DNA of 43,843 nucleotides, from the IMG/VR virus record IMGVR_UViG_3300008252_000138, positions 1 through 43,843 of that record; one strand, given 5' to 3'. The notes beneath the pieces were generated by a model, which saw only the letters and a list, made by a program, of their open reading frames with translations, ran no database searches and was not told the DNA's origin. Below, piece after piece: positions 7,523-17,242 of the stretch. The DNA comes from a virus (lineage: Duplodnaviria; Caudoviricetes). The translations under genes and the position numbers were made by a program. Every line of letters starts with the position of its first letter. The first letter of the stretch is position 1.

Positions 7523-9526
7523 TTATACCTCGGTCATGTTGTATTGGACTTCGTGCTCTACGTAGTCGTAGAGCTGCTCAACCTGCAGGCTGAACGCCCC
7601 GGTTGTGTAGTTGATGCTGCCGATGAAGCCGATCCAGTTGCCGACGCCGTCGTCGTTGGCTTCGTAGTCCACCAGCTGCACGCCGCTGTAGGCGACGCCA
7701 TCGGTACCGGACGGCACCAGCGATTTGCGGGTGGATTGCCAACGGATGTTGACGCTGCCCGGCTGCAAGGGCGCGCCGGGGATTACCCCGCTGACGATGC
7801 CGCCCGAGTCCGGCGCTGCCGTGAGCGGGGTATCCACATCCACACCGCCGCGGTTGTAGTCGATAACGATGCTGCTGCCCTGGTCGGGCGTGCTGGCCAG
7901 CTCCAGCCGCACGGTGCCGGTGAGGTAGACCACGGTACCGGTACCGGCTGCGCCGGCCAGGGTGCCGTCGCCCTGGTCCAGCAGGGTCTGGCTGACGCCG
8001 CCCTGCAGCACAGTGACCACAACGCTACCCGGCTCGACGCCCTCATGCGGCAGCTGGTGCTCTACGCGAATCTGCGGCGCGGTACCGGCGCCGGTGTGGG
8101 TTTGCAGGTTGTCGTCGATTTGGCAAACGTAGGTGTAGACCAGGCTGGTGTTGACATCCGGCAAGGCGTTGAGGCTGATGCTCACCGCGCCGGTGGCAAA
8201 GTCAACCGTGCCGCTGCCCTCGCCCGACAGCTCGCCGTTGCCCAGATCCCGCAGCTCATACCATTTGCCCAGCGCCATAAAGCTGATCGACAGCGTGCCG
8301 GGGCGCGGCTTGGCCTCGGCAAGGTTGAGCGTGTACGCAAAGCCCCGGGTGGCCAGCACCACTTCGATCTCGCCGGTGACGCTCTCCCCTGTGACCGCTG
8401 CTGCCGGCTGATAGGTGAGGCTGGCCGAGCCGGTGTAGGTGCTGGACCGGTAGGCGTTGATCTCGCCCGTTTCGTAATCGACGGTGATGCGCGTGAAGTT
8501 GTTGGCACCGCTGCGCCAGGTCAGCTCGCCCTGCCCTTCGTCTGCATACACGCCGCCGTTAATGCTGAGCGACAGGCTACCCAGGGCGGCGCCGTGGGTG
8601 ATAAAGCTGCGGCTCTGGCCCGCCGTCACCTGCGCGAACTGCAGCGTAACCGTGCGGCTGGTCGGGCTGGCCGGCACAACGTAGCGCTTGCGGGCACCGC
8701 CGAGCTGATTGGTCAGCGCGCTTTCTTTCACCGCGCTGGGTACCAACTGCGAGTAGACCGAATCCACATTGACCGTCATGTCGCCAGCGGTGATCGCGGC
8801 AGCCAGCGGGCTGATGCCGTAGTACCGGGCCGAGTCTGCAACCTGCGTGGCGAGCACCACGCTCTTGGGTTCGTTGGCCAGGTTGGTCGCGCTGGTGCCA
8901 CCGGGCACAGCCTGCCCGCCCGGGAACTTGACGTTCAGCGGCGCGGTGATCGTGATCGAGAGGCGGCGACGGGTGAAGTTCACAAAGTTGCCGTTGCCGT
9001 AGTCGTACACAAACTCCTCGAGCGCAGCCTCCACCGCCTGCACGCGCACGTATTGGCTGTTGGCTCCGCTGGTGAGCTGGAACACATCACCCACCTCCGG
9101 CACCCGGGCCTCTTGCCGCTGAATACCAGTGATTGCGCGCTGGCCCGCATACTGATCGCCCAGCAGCTCAAACTGCGCAACGGTCGACGGGACCACGTAG
9201 CCCTCGATAACCGAGCGAGCATCAGAGCGCTCATCGGTCTGGCTGTTGCTGTTGAACAGCAGCACTGCCACGCGCGGATCCGCCGGGGCTTTGGTGACGA
9301 TGGAGTGCGCACCCAGGTAGGCGTCGGCATTCTCGGTCAGCACACCGGCAAACACCTTGCGCAGCGCGATGCGGCCAAGGGTGCGGTCAAGCCGGCTGAT
9401 ATCGGGGAACAGGTTGTTCACCTCACCGTCGATCACAGCATCGCCAGTGGCGCGCCCGCCGCCGTCGTTTTCATCGGTCAGGCGTTGGGACTTGAGGATT
9501 TTCACGTCATTGACGGTGATGGTCAT
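7523..9526 (-). CDS. Tail/baseplate-like virion structural protein (N-terminal part)
   Basis: 667 aa; SQRLTD..DGGGRATG..NNLFPDISRLDR..GRIALRKVF motif of siphovirus tail-tip proteins. Confidence 0.8.
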   Translation of the reverse strand: MTITVNDVKILKSQRLTDENDGGGRATGDAVIDGEVNNLFPDISRLDRTLGRIALRKVFAGVLTENADAYLGAHSIVTKAPADPRVAVLLFNSNSQTDERSDARSVIEGYVVPSTVAQFELLGDQYAGQRAITGIQRQEARVPEVGDVFQLTSGANSQYVRVQAVEAALEEFVYDYGNGNFVNFTRRRLSITITAPLNVKFPGGQAVPGGTSATNLANEPKSVVLATQVADSARYYGISPLAAAITAGDMTVNVDSVYSQLVPSAVKESALTNQLGGARKRYVVPASPTSRTVTLQFAQVTAGQSRSFITHGAALGSLSLSINGGVYADEGQGELTWRSGANNFTRITVDYETGEINAYRSSTYTGSASLTYQPAAAVTGESVTGEIEVVLATRGFAYTLNLAEAKPRPGTLSISFMALGKWYELRDLGNGELSGEGSGTVDFATGAVSISLNALPDVNTSLVYTYVCQIDDNLQTHTGAGTAPQIRVEHQLPHEGVEPGSVVVTVLQGGVSQTLLDQGDGTLAGAAGTGTVVYLTGTVRLELASTPDQGSSIVIDYNRGGVDVDTPLTAAPDSGGIVSGVIPGAPLQPGSVNIRWQSTRKSLVPSGTDGVAYSGVQLVDYEANDDGVGNWIGFIGSINYTTGAFSLQVEQLYDYVEHEVQYNMTEV

Positions 9527-9542
9527 GCTTTTCTCCGGGCAT

Positions 9543-9564
9543 AAAAAAACCCGCGCTGGGCGGG
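9543..9564 (-). terminator. Intrinsic terminator within the late operon
   Basis: CCCGC-GCTGG-GCGGG stem with U7 tract, followed by ATGCCCGGAGAAAA containing the SD. Confidence 0.65.
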
Positions 9565-9580
9565 CTCAAGGGCGGGTTCA

Positions 9581-10024
9581 TCAGGGTGCCGGGTCTGGCT
9601 CTGGCTCTGGCTCTGGCGGCGGCGCGACGGTAATCAGCCGCAGGGTCAGCTCATACACGGTGTCTGCCATGTCTTGTGAGCGGATGACCTGCTTTGCCGC
9701 GAGCGGCGGGCCGCTCTCGCGGTTCCAGGTCACCCAGTACTGATCACCGCGCGGCAGCACCAGTTGCATCACTGCACTGGGCTGATCGCGCAGCGCCTCC
9801 AGCGCCCGGACGGTGGCCAGCGTGAACCAGGCCCCGCCGTTGCTCTGCAGGGTGATGGGCCGGCCATGCAGCTTGACGCCCTCCTGAATCAGCAGCGCGC
9901 CGGTGAGGCCGCGTTCCTGGCTTTGGGTGATGGCGTCCCAGTCAAACTCGTCTACCCATTCCATCTGGTCGCCGGCCAGATCCGGATCGGCAGCCAGGTC
10001 CACTGCGCCAAGGGTTAATGGCAT
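9581..10024 (-). CDS. Distal tail-like protein after the tape measure
   Basis: TGATG-coupled to the tape measure gene; WVDEFDW..Q..RGLTGALLIQ..GRPITL motif; Pro/Glu tail. Confidence 0.75.
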   Translation of the reverse strand: MPLTLGAVDLAADPDLAGDQMEWVDEFDWDAITQSQERGLTGALLIQEGVKLHGRPITLQSNGGAWFTLATVRALEALRDQPSAVMQLVLPRGDQYWVTWNRESGPPLAAKQVIRSQDMADTVYELTLRLITVAPPPEPEPEPDPAP

Positions 10025-13000
10025 CACACGCTCCTCAATCCAGCCTGTTCAAGAATCCCCAGCAGTGCGTCTTGCTGCCCGGTGGGCACGCTCACATCGA
10101 CAGAACGGCCCTGCGCCGTTTCCAGCCGGATGATCGTGCTGGGCGTGGGCGCGGCTTCCGGCGCTGCCGCTGCGACGGCTTCACGCCGTTGCTGCCGGGC
10201 TTCGGTTTCGCGGGCCAGTTCGGTCTCGGACTGAATGGCGCGCAGCATGCCGAGGGCTTGCCGCAGGTCTGCAACGGCGGCCAGATTGCCCACCGCCTGC
10301 GCTTCGGCAATCTGGGCCTGCAGTTCAGCCTGCCGGCTTTGCATACGCCTGCGCTCGATCGCTTCCTCGTTGCCGCGCACCTTGTCCAGCTCGTCCCTGA
10401 TGCTGGCGAGCGTGCCCTTCGCGCTATCGGCCACCGACTCAAACTGCTGCTTGACCGACTCCAGGGCGCTGTCCAGCTCGGAGAAGTCCGAGGCGTCCAG
10501 CAGGTCCAGGCTGGACTTGAGGCCAACGGCCTGCACCTTGAAGCTGGCCAGCGAGACTGCGCCCTTCTCATACCCGTCCATCAACCGCTGCAGTGCCAGC
10601 TTCTGCTCCAGAAACTGCTCCTGCAGCTTGCGGCTGGCGAACAGGGTTTCATCCGCCCAGCGCGCAAAGGGGCCGCGCATGCGGTTGTCGAGATTGTTTT
10701 GCAGATCAGCCAGTTGATCGTTGACGATATTCAGCGACGCGGCAGTGCCTTCGAGGCTGCTGGTGTCAAGATCCACATCAACGCTGCTGATGCCCTTGAG
10801 CGCGTCAAACGCCTGCAGGGCTTTATCACTCAGCTCTGCCAGCGGCGAGCGCGCGGCGGTCATCACCTCGTCGAAGAAAGTGCTGAACGCATCGCGGAAG
10901 ACTGCCTGCTGCTCGGCCCGTGCATCTGCTGCGGCTTGCTCTGCTGCTGCCTGCTCGGCCAGCGCATCGGTCACGGCCTGCAGTTGCTTCTCAAGGTTTG
11001 TCTGGGCGTCGGCCTGGTTGCCGGTCGATTCGCTCAGCTTGTCCTGTTGTTTCTCCAGCGCCTTGATGGCTTTGTTGTACTCATCAACCGACAGCTTGCC
11101 GTCTTCATACAGTGAGCTGATGGCGGTGCGCAGCTTGCTGATATCAACGTCAGTCTTGGCGTTGCTGATGGCCTTCTGGACGCCGGCGAAGTCTTCCAGC
11201 TCGTCGATCACATCAGAGAGGGACTTTGCCGTTTTTGCGGCTTCGCCCCCTACTTCGTCCAGCTTGTCGGCAACGATGCCGAGGCCGGCTGCGTATTCCT
11301 GCTGGGTGATTGCGCCGTCCTGGTACGCGCTCAGCATTGCCGTGCGCAGGCCCTGCAGCTGCTCCACCGTGGTGGCGGTGTCGATCAGCTTCTGAGCTTC
11401 GGCAAAGTCGGCAATAGCCTGAGTGCCGGCGATCGCCGCTTCAATCGCGGCGTTCTTCACCAGCTGCTGGTTGTTGACCAGTTCATCAGCCAGCGCCTGA
11501 TTCATCATGCGCTGCTGATCAGTCTCGGCCTTGACCGCCTCGGTCACATCCCGCGCGCCCCGCACCTGATGCCGCGTGGTTACGTCCCATGCGTTGCGGA
11601 TGCTCTCGCCAGACTGCTCGATCTGATTGACCAGCGCGCCCTGCAGCATTGTGATCTCGCTGCGGGCGTTGGTGATCCTCTCTTTCAGGGAATCCAGATT
11701 GAAGGCATCAGCGATTGCCTCCCCTGCTGCCAAGAACGGGTCAGCGATGTTCTTAGCCAGCGTCACGGCAGCAAGCCCAATGGCCGCGAAGCCAGCCACC
11801 AGCCCCTGAAACAGGGTGGTGAACGGCGCCACAAACAGCTGCACCCGCATGCGGGCGTCGTCCAGCTTGGCACCCAGATCGCTCAGCCAGGTGCTGGCCT
11901 TGTCGCTCAGCTCGCTGAGGTCAAAGTCTGCAATGTCTCCGATGAACCGCTTGACCCACTCCGACGCCTCGATGAATGCATCGGACAGGGTGGTGGCCAG
12001 CTGATCCAACTTGCCGTCACGATCCATCTGGTCGATGGCATCGGCCACGCCCAACAGCTGCTGCTTGACGTAATCGAGCGCGCCGCTTTTGGCGATGCGA
12101 TCGAGGAAGTCAGCCGCCACGTCACGCAGGTTGCTGACGATGCCAGTCAGGCGGCTCATGTTGGCCGCTGCTGAGCCCTCTGCCGCTTTGCCAATCTCGG
12201 TGATCAGATCGCGGATTACATCGCGGCCCAGCTTGCCCTTGCTGCTCAGCTCCTGCAGCTGCTCGGTGTTTTTGCCGGTTACCTTCTGCAGCAGATCCCA
12301 CACGGGCACACCGCGTTCGACCAGCTGCAGAATCTCTTCGCCCTGCAGCTTCTGCTTGGCCCACGCTTGGCCGAGGGCCGACGAGATGCCGGTCAGCTTT
12401 TCCATACCCCCGCCGAGCTTCTCGGACTGGTCGGTAATGGCCTGCAGGGTGCCGTCCATTGGATCAAGGCCAAATGCCTTGAGCAGCGTGAACGCTTCGG
12501 TCACGTCCTGCAGCTGCAGGGGCGTGTCACGGGTAAAGCGCTTGATCCACTCCGTGGCCTGCTCGCCGCCCTCGATAGAGCCCATCAAGGCAGTGAGCTG
12601 GGTCTGCATGCCCTCGAACTGGTCGCCGGTTTGCAGCATCGAGTAGATGCCATCGCGCACCAGATTCAGGCCTTTTTGTACCAGGCCGAACGCCGCATTG
12701 AGCGAGACGTAGGCCGCAGCAAAGGCCAGTACTTGCTTGGCACCGGAGGTCATCGCCGAGCGGGCGGCATCAACGCGCGAGCGATACTCAGAGGATGCCC
12801 GCGACGCCTTGCGCAGCTCATTCTCCAGGCGCCGCACCTCATCGGTGTTGTCGCCCACTGCTGCCTTGGCCTTGGCCAGCTCGGCGGCCAGCCGCTTCTC
12901 TTCGTTTGCCAGATCCGCCGTATCGATACCCGCGTCACGGGCGGCGGCTTCGTGATCGCTCAGGCTGGCGTTGAGCGCAGTCACTTGCTTGGCCAGTTTG

Positions 13001-13317
13001 CGGCCTTCGCGCTCGGCCTCCTTCAGGGACTGCGCCAGGCCCGCGGCTTCCGGCGCTTTGTTCAGCGCCTCACGCAGCTCACGCACCTGCAGGTCATTCT
13101 GTACCAGCGCCTGCTCTGCCTGTTCGGCAGCGCGCTGGGTTTGCTTCAGGCTCTCAGCCAGGCCTCGGGCAGACTTGGCCCGGTCAAACTCATCACGCAG
13201 GCTCTGGCTCTGTGACTGCACATCCTCCAGCGCCTTCGCCGCCTTGCGGGCCTCGGGCGACAGATCATCCTTGCCGCGCAAGATGAACTGAATCAGGCGG
13301 TCTTTGATGCCAGCCAT
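10024..13317 (-). CDS. Tail tape measure protein
   Basis: 1097 aa, Ala/Leu/Gln-rich helical; tape-measure N-terminal domain (TPLQLQDV..AF..LKAFG, LGQAWAKQKLQGEEILQLVERGVPVW). Confidence 0.95.
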   Translation of the reverse strand: MAGIKDRLIQFILRGKDDLSPEARKAAKALEDVQSQSQSLRDEFDRAKSARGLAESLKQTQRAAEQAEQALVQNDLQVRELREALNKAPEAAGLAQSLKEAEREGRKLAKQVTALNASLSDHEAAARDAGIDTADLANEEKRLAAELAKAKAAVGDNTDEVRRLENELRKASRASSEYRSRVDAARSAMTSGAKQVLAFAAAYVSLNAAFGLVQKGLNLVRDGIYSMLQTGDQFEGMQTQLTALMGSIEGGEQATEWIKRFTRDTPLQLQDVTEAFTLLKAFGLDPMDGTLQAITDQSEKLGGGMEKLTGISSALGQAWAKQKLQGEEILQLVERGVPVWDLLQKVTGKNTEQLQELSSKGKLGRDVIRDLITEIGKAAEGSAAANMSRLTGIVSNLRDVAADFLDRIAKSGALDYVKQQLLGVADAIDQMDRDGKLDQLATTLSDAFIEASEWVKRFIGDIADFDLSELSDKASTWLSDLGAKLDDARMRVQLFVAPFTTLFQGLVAGFAAIGLAAVTLAKNIADPFLAAGEAIADAFNLDSLKERITNARSEITMLQGALVNQIEQSGESIRNAWDVTTRHQVRGARDVTEAVKAETDQQRMMNQALADELVNNQQLVKNAAIEAAIAGTQAIADFAEAQKLIDTATTVEQLQGLRTAMLSAYQDGAITQQEYAAGLGIVADKLDEVGGEAAKTAKSLSDVIDELEDFAGVQKAISNAKTDVDISKLRTAISSLYEDGKLSVDEYNKAIKALEKQQDKLSESTGNQADAQTNLEKQLQAVTDALAEQAAAEQAAADARAEQQAVFRDAFSTFFDEVMTAARSPLAELSDKALQAFDALKGISSVDVDLDTSSLEGTAASLNIVNDQLADLQNNLDNRMRGPFARWADETLFASRKLQEQFLEQKLALQRLMDGYEKGAVSLASFKVQAVGLKSSLDLLDASDFSELDSALESVKQQFESVADSAKGTLASIRDELDKVRGNEEAIERRRMQSRQAELQAQIAEAQAVGNLAAVADLRQALGMLRAIQSETELARETEARQQRREAVAAAAPEAAPTPSTIIRLETAQGRSVDVSVPTGQQDALLGILEQAGLRSV

Positions 13318-13335
13318 GGGTTTTCTCCGGGCAAT

Positions 13336-13359
13336 AAAAAACCCTGCCGTGGCAGGGTT
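13336..13359 (-). terminator. Moron terminator before the tape measure gene
   Basis: AACCCTGC-CGTG-GCAGGGTT stem with U-tract, followed by TTGCCCGGAGAAAA containing the SD. Confidence 0.75.
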
Positions 13360-13379
13360 CCAGGTGTTCGATCACGCAG

Positions 13380-14054
13380 CTATCTAGCCCGTGAAATACG
13401 CACGTCAATCAACCTCTCACCAGAGAAGTCGCATCGAATATCAAACTTGTTTTCGGCACCGAATGCGTTTTCAGCAGTGAAGCTGCTGATCACCGTACTC
13501 TCGCCATTAGGCCGGGCGTTGAACGCCAGATCCAGAATTCGTGAGAAGTCCACCGAGTCAGCCCGGTAGGCCCGATCCCGAGCTTCCTGCTCGCACCGCC
13601 TGACCGCAGCCCGTTCTTCAATCTGAACCGGTACCGCAATGCTGCCTCGGCCATCGATATCCCGCATAGTGAAGCGAACCACCGTTGGAACCTGACGATC
13701 ACCACACTGGACAAAGAACGACGGATTGTCCGGGGTGCTGTAGTCACGGGATACACCTGCCGTCTCGGGCGCTATGCGCTGACGACAATGAGCGTGCTCG
13801 GTTGAGAGCCGGTTCAGCATCCGAGCAACTTTCACTCGATACTGAGACTCCATCAGGATCAACTGCTGCGCCCGGATTGGGCCGCCGGTATCTTCCGAGC
13901 CTCCCCCGGCATCCTGCAACGATCCAGCGCAAGGCTTGTCGGTAAATACCGGCCGACCGTTCTGATCCTTGCATTGATAAACCTGACCATACCCTGGCGC
14001 ACTCAGCGCCGCAGCAGCCAGTCCAACAACTACACATGCCATCCTTGCAGACAT
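13380..14054 (-). CDS. Moron: exported DUF4124-domain protein
   Basis: Signal peptide then QVYQCKDQNGRPVFTDKPC (DUF4124 pattern); AAGGAGG SD; own terminator; codon usage differs from flanks. Confidence 0.8.
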   Translation of the reverse strand: MSARMACVVVGLAAAALSAPGYGQVYQCKDQNGRPVFTDKPCAGSLQDAGGGSEDTGGPIRAQQLILMESQYRVKVARMLNRLSTEHAHCRQRIAPETAGVSRDYSTPDNPSFFVQCGDRQVPTVVRFTMRDIDGRGSIAVPVQIEERAAVRRCEQEARDRAYRADSVDFSRILDLAFNARPNGESTVISSFTAENAFGAENKFDIRCDFSGERLIDVRISRAR

Positions 14055-14103
14055 AAGGTGCCCTCCTTTCAACTGAGGGCACCTTAGCACATCACTCACC
14101 GCA

Positions 14104-14847
14104 TCAAGCCGCCATATCCATCTGGCAGAACTTGCTGAGGCCGGTACCGGTGATGCGATCATCCGCCAGCGCTTCGCCCGGGATCTCCAGTTTCAGGTAC
14201 TCCTGACCGAAGGCTTGCATCTGGCTGACAAGGCCCAGCTTCACGCGATGAAAGCGCAGGCTGTAGGGCTCACCCGACTGGGCATCATTCAAGCCGGCAA
14301 TGTAAATCTCCAGCTCGACCGCAGGCGCCGTCAGCATCTGGATGACGCTGGCACCGCGCGGGGTGTAGCTGGCTTTGACGCCGGCGCTGGTGATGTTGGT
14401 GGTGCTCAACACGATGATGCCGTGCTGGCTCAGCAGGTAGTCGGTACCGGCAACCAGCGCAGTGTCTGACGCCGTTTTCAGCACCGGCGCAACCGTGAGG
14501 TCCGGCAGGTGCTTGAACGGAATCAGCTCACCGAGCACACCGGCGCAGGCCAGGGCTTCATCCACAATGGGCGTGGTATCGACTTCGGTCACAGTCGCAC
14601 GGGTCGCACGCGCGATGTTCTCAGGCGTGAGGTCCCACAGGCCGATGGTGGTGTTCACATCCGTCACACGATCACGGACGTTACGGTTACCGCCACCGCC
14701 GCGATAGTTCGGCAGGGCAATGCGGTTGGTCTGGTAGGAGATGTTGAAGACATCGCAGTTGCCGATATCCAGCAGCGCATCTTGGCTCTGATAGGCGCGA
14801 GCGTAGGCAATGCCCTCGCCGATAAACGAACGATCTACTTGTGCCAT
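14104..14847 (-). CDS. Major tail (tube) protein
   Basis: 247 aa, located between the tail terminator and the tape measure. Confidence 0.8.
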   Translation of the reverse strand: MAQVDRSFIGEGIAYARAYQSQDALLDIGNCDVFNISYQTNRIALPNYRGGGGNRNVRDRVTDVNTTIGLWDLTPENIARATRATVTEVDTTPIVDEALACAGVLGELIPFKHLPDLTVAPVLKTASDTALVAGTDYLLSQHGIIVLSTTNITSAGVKASYTPRGASVIQMLTAPAVELEIYIAGLNDAQSGEPYSLRFHRVKLGLVSQMQAFGQEYLKLEIPGEALADDRITGTGLSKFCQMDMAA

Positions 14848-14862
14848 GAAGGGTTACTCCCG

Positions 14863-15060
14863 TTAGGCCTTAGTGGCTGGCTCGGCCTTCTCAGGCGCGG
14901 CCGGCTGCTTGGCGGTTGCGTCGGTGGGCTTGGCAACAAACCCGTTCTTGATGGCGTGGGCGGCCACATCCGGCGGCAGATTCTGCTCGCCCTTTGGATA
15001 GGCCACGACCTTGCCGCCCGCATTCCAATTGAATGGTGCGGTGACGTTGTGCTTCGGCAT
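14863..15060 (-). CDS. Small virion-associated hypothetical protein
   Basis: 65 aa, GGAGG SD, in operon. Confidence 0.7.
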   Translation of the reverse strand: MPKHNVTAPFNWNAGGKVVAYPKGEQNLPPDVAAHAIKNGFVAKPTDATAKQPAAPEKAEPATKA

Positions 15061-15072
15061 GAATGCCTCCGG

Positions 15073-15510
15073 TTATTTGAGGGGTTGTTGGTAGTTGATT
15101 TGCAGCTGCATGACGTGGGCGGCCCACTGGCGACCCGGCGCGGGCGGCAACGATGACTCACTGGGCATAGCAACCTGCTGCACGCCCTGAACCGCCAGCC
15201 CGGCCTTTGGCCCTGCCAGCGCGACTTTCACCGCCAGCCGCCCAGCACGCAGCGCCGGGGCGAACGCACGGAGCTTGGTGACCAGGGTCACGCTTACCGT
15301 GGTTTGCTCGCGCACCCCGGCGTCGCCGACGCGCTGCAGCTCCTGCGTGTCGCCGGGCTGCAGGATGATGAAGCTGTCCGGCAGCGCGGGGTCGGCCTCA
15401 TCCAGCACCCGCAGCACGCTGTCTTCAAACACCAGCGCGCCAAAATCAGGCACCGCGGCCAACCGCTGTTCAAGCTCTGCCAGCAGCAGGCTCTGTACGT
15501 CAGCAGGCAT
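15073..15510 (-). CDS. Tail terminator/completion protein
   Basis: 145 aa, positional call before the major tail gene. Confidence 0.65.
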   Translation of the reverse strand: MPADVQSLLLAELEQRLAAVPDFGALVFEDSVLRVLDEADPALPDSFIILQPGDTQELQRVGDAGVREQTTVSVTLVTKLRAFAPALRAGRLAVKVALAGPKAGLAVQGVQQVAMPSESSLPPAPGRQWAAHVMQLQINYQQPLK

Positions 15511-15511
15511 A

Positions 15512-15853
15512 TCAGGGCCTCACGTAGAAAGTGATCAGGGAACCGTCATCAGATTCGATGCCGTCCAGGTGCATGGTCTTGCCGGCCATCAGCTTGACCG
15601 GCTCGCCCGCATTGCTGCGGAACGCGCCCTTGCGGTCATAACTGCCCAGCGCGCCTTTAAGCACGCAGATGGTGACCACACGGTCAACAGCACCGGACAC
15701 ATCGTTAATGCGCTCAACATCCTGCTCGACGATGGCATCGAGCCCCTCAACCGCAACCGAACCGGATGCGGTGAGGAAGTCGACGCGCCCATCCTTAAGC
15801 GAGTCCAGCAGGGTGGCGTCCATGTCGTCCATGGCTGCGGAGAAGTCGCTCAT
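15512..15853 (-). CDS. Head-tail joining protein (gpFII-like)
   Basis: 113 aa, beta-rich, positional call. Confidence 0.6.
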   Translation of the reverse strand: MSDFSAAMDDMDATLLDSLKDGRVDFLTASGSVAVEGLDAIVEQDVERINDVSGAVDRVVTICVLKGALGSYDRKGAFRSNAGEPVKLMAGKTMHLDGIESDDGSLITFYVRP

Positions 15854-15855
15854 GG

Positions 15856-16197
15856 CTACTCCTCCACTGCTCCAGCCCGCTTGATGATGCCTTGCCCCAG
15901 AAGATCTTCCTCGATCTCAGGGGTTGGCGGCTGGTACGGATCGCCTTCGACGTAGATTTCACCGGCTTCCTGAATACAGCCCCAGGCAACCACAAAACCT
16001 GCAGAGGCGACTGGCGCCGCCGCTTCCGGGCCAACATCCTGCCCAGTGGATGCAGCACCGGAATCAGCACCAGCCTGGGCTTCCACTGCACCAGCTTCTG
16101 GCGCTTCCACAGCGTCATCCAAGTCAGCTGCAGGAGCTTCATCCCCTTCGATCGGCACCAGGTCGGCTTGCGGCTTCTTAGCCGCTTTGCCAGCCAC
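15856..16197 (-). CDS. Acidic low-complexity head-associated protein (gpFI position)
   Basis: 113 aa directly after the major capsid gene. Confidence 0.6.
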   Translation of the reverse strand: MAGKAAKKPQADLVPIEGDEAPAADLDDAVEAPEAGAVEAQAGADSGAASTGQDVGPEAAAPVASAGFVVAWGCIQEAGEIYVEGDPYQPPTPEIEEDLLGQGIIKRAGAVEE

Positions 16198-16198
16198 G

Positions 16199-17227
16199 TC
16201 ACACCACCTTGGCGAAGATGAAAGCGTCCGGCTCGAGGAAGCCGGCCATGGGCGCGCTTTGCAGCTTCAGCCAACGCGCAGACGGCTCCGGAGTGACCCA
16301 GCTTTTCGGGAAGCGGGCCGCTTCCACCATGCCGCTCTCGATTGCGTCCAGATCCTGAATCGCGCCGTACAGCATCGCGTTGCGGGTATTGCTGGCACCG
16401 AGAATCAGGCCACCCGCCGGGATCATCGGCTGCTCGACGTCTTCCTCGTCCAGGTACCACTCGTCGTAGGCATACAGGTCCAGACCCGGGTCATTCAGGT
16501 AACCCAGATAGGTCACACCGTCCGGCAGCTCTTCCGGCTTGATCATGCCCATGTCTACGCGACGGGTGTTGAGTTGCTTCATCACCATGTCGTTGGCCTG
16601 AAAGGCCGAAACCGCTTCGGCGCTCAGCACTGCAGTGTTGGCAGTCCGGCCAGAGTCCTTGGCGATCTTGCGCTTCCAGGCGCGCAGGTTGGCGATAGGG
16701 TCAGAACCATCTGCATCCCACTTGTCAGTGGTGAGCGTGATCTTGTGGTCAGCGGCCATGAGGAAGTCGATGGTGTCATCAACACCTTCGCCGACCACAC
16801 GAATCTGGCCAGTGGTCAGGGCCTGAGCGCACTGCCACTCTTCACGGCGGATGATCTCTTCATCCAGGTCACGCAGGTCCGCGCCCAGCTTCTCAGCTGC
16901 ACGCTGCGCCGGCGGCTTGGCCGCATAGGGTGATTCACCGGCTGCGCGCTTGAGGATCAGGTCGGCAGTGGTTTCGCGCTTGGGCTGAACATACGGCGGC
17001 GCGTAGGTGCTGCTGCTGTAGCCTTCGCCCAGCGATACGCTGCCAGGCAATTTCGGGTGCACGAACGGCGCCATCTTGCGCTTGCCTTTGACGATGTCGA
17101 TGTCAACGGTTTTGGTGGGGAAGGTGCGCGGGTTGGAGCCGTTGAAGAATGTCGCCATCAGGAAGCGGCGCGGGGTCTTCATCTGCTCGACGGCTTCGAG
17201 CATCGTGCGGGTATCAAAAATATCCAT
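16199..17227 (-). CDS. Major capsid protein, lambda gpE family
   Basis: 342 aa; VDIDIVKGKRKMAPFVHP, RREEWQCAQAL..G and LQSAPM motifs. Confidence 0.93.
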   Translation of the reverse strand: MDIFDTRTMLEAVEQMKTPRRFLMATFFNGSNPRTFPTKTVDIDIVKGKRKMAPFVHPKLPGSVSLGEGYSSSTYAPPYVQPKRETTADLILKRAAGESPYAAKPPAQRAAEKLGADLRDLDEEIIRREEWQCAQALTTGQIRVVGEGVDDTIDFLMAADHKITLTTDKWDADGSDPIANLRAWKRKIAKDSGRTANTAVLSAEAVSAFQANDMVMKQLNTRRVDMGMIKPEELPDGVTYLGYLNDPGLDLYAYDEWYLDEEDVEQPMIPAGGLILGASNTRNAMLYGAIQDLDAIESGMVEAARFPKSWVTPEPSARWLKLQSAPMAGFLEPDAFIFAKVV

Positions 17228-17242
17228 CTGTCAGTGCTCCTA

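Noticed and set aside
7544-9544. 666-aa plus-strand ORF and similar long antisense ORFs (6513-7565, 10018-11115, 17683-18786, 21421-22704, 26117-27316, 36625-38139)
   Set aside because: Shadows of GC-rich coding genes on the opposite strand; no motifs or SD
9593-9617. TCTGGC hexamer repeat as a contingency locus
   Set aside because: In-frame 6-bp unit encoding a C-terminal Pro-Glu tail; length change would not shift the frame
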